NCBI GenBank assembly: GCA_965112155.1
Contig: OZ218105.1
Source of the DNA: Podarcis liolepis
Lineage: Eukaryota
Reading direction: 5' to 3' (one strand)
Length of the DNA stretch: 64,000 nucleotides
Part shown: piece after piece, positions 63,471 to 64,000 of the stretch
Position numbering within the stretch: the stretch's first letter is position 1
How the letters are laid out: each line of letters begins with the position of its first letter
Made by a program: the position numbers and the translations under genes
Notes under the pieces: generated by a model
What the model saw: only the letters and a program-made list of their open reading frames with translations
The model's database searches: none
What the model was told of the DNA's origin: nothing

Positions 63471-64000
63471 ATACCTAACCTTTCTCCTAAAATACCTTTC
63501 TTAGGAATCTCTTCTCCTAAAAAAATTTGACCAGTTTAACAACCATAGAAATATTGGCCTTCTTGCCACATTGTCCATCTTCCTCTGAATTTATACTTCT
63601 GTTAGAAGGCATTAAAGGGTTAATGAATCCATGACCACAAATCACTCTCCATAGCTTCCCATATGCTACACATGCACACAGCATCAATGTCAGGTATGTT
63701 AAGTTGCCCTTCTCTATGTATAACCTCCTGGATGTGATTTTTGTTTTATTTATTTAAAAACACGGAGAGAAACATCCATGCGAACTCATGCCATTGTTTC
63801 AGCTCCAAATAATAGGAGTTATTTTGGAGGAGAAATTAAGTGAGTAGCGTCACTGCAGCATCAACTACAGAGTCAGTACATTAGCAAAAGTCCTTCTTTC
63901 CTTGCTAATTCGCCTCAAAACCAGCATGGGGTCAGTCGCTCCTCAGACTCAGCATGGGAAGAAACTCCATGCTGGGTAGCGTAATTTTTTAGGGGCTTGT

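Noticed and set aside
63448-63522. Repeated TCTTAGGAATCT/TTCTCCTAAAATACCT units
   Set aside because: Local duplication at the truncated 5' junction of an L1 fragment; no evidence of function.

Overview
Eukaryotic, repeat-rich genomic DNA from a squamate reptile, probably a lacertid lizard (inferred from Sauria-type and Squam3-type SINEs, BovB, L2 and Rex1 LINEs). The only protein-coding gene I can support is the 3' part of a type II classical cadherin, most likely CDH9, on the + strand. It has nine coding exons from 1489 to the stop at 40978, all with GT-AG boundaries and consistent phases, and a 3' UTR to about 41.7 kb; the 5' exons lie upstream of the window. Introns and the downstream region are filled with TA-targeting Tc1/mariner-type MITEs, hAT-type elements with 8-bp TSDs (several with GC-rich cargo), three solo LTRs with 5-bp TSDs, a decayed Penelope element and LINE 3' fragments. 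Most short ORFs in the track are repeat-derived or spurious. The most unusual signal is a family of three ~730-790 bp elements (36008-36758, 45747-46473, 59429-61226). They have TTGYR...YRCAA ends and no TSD, and they are highly diverged except for blocks that base-pair with each other. One block is a U-rich internal-loop stem resembling a poly(A)-binding ENE, with a compensatory change between copies. All family names are from recalled knowledge, not database searches.
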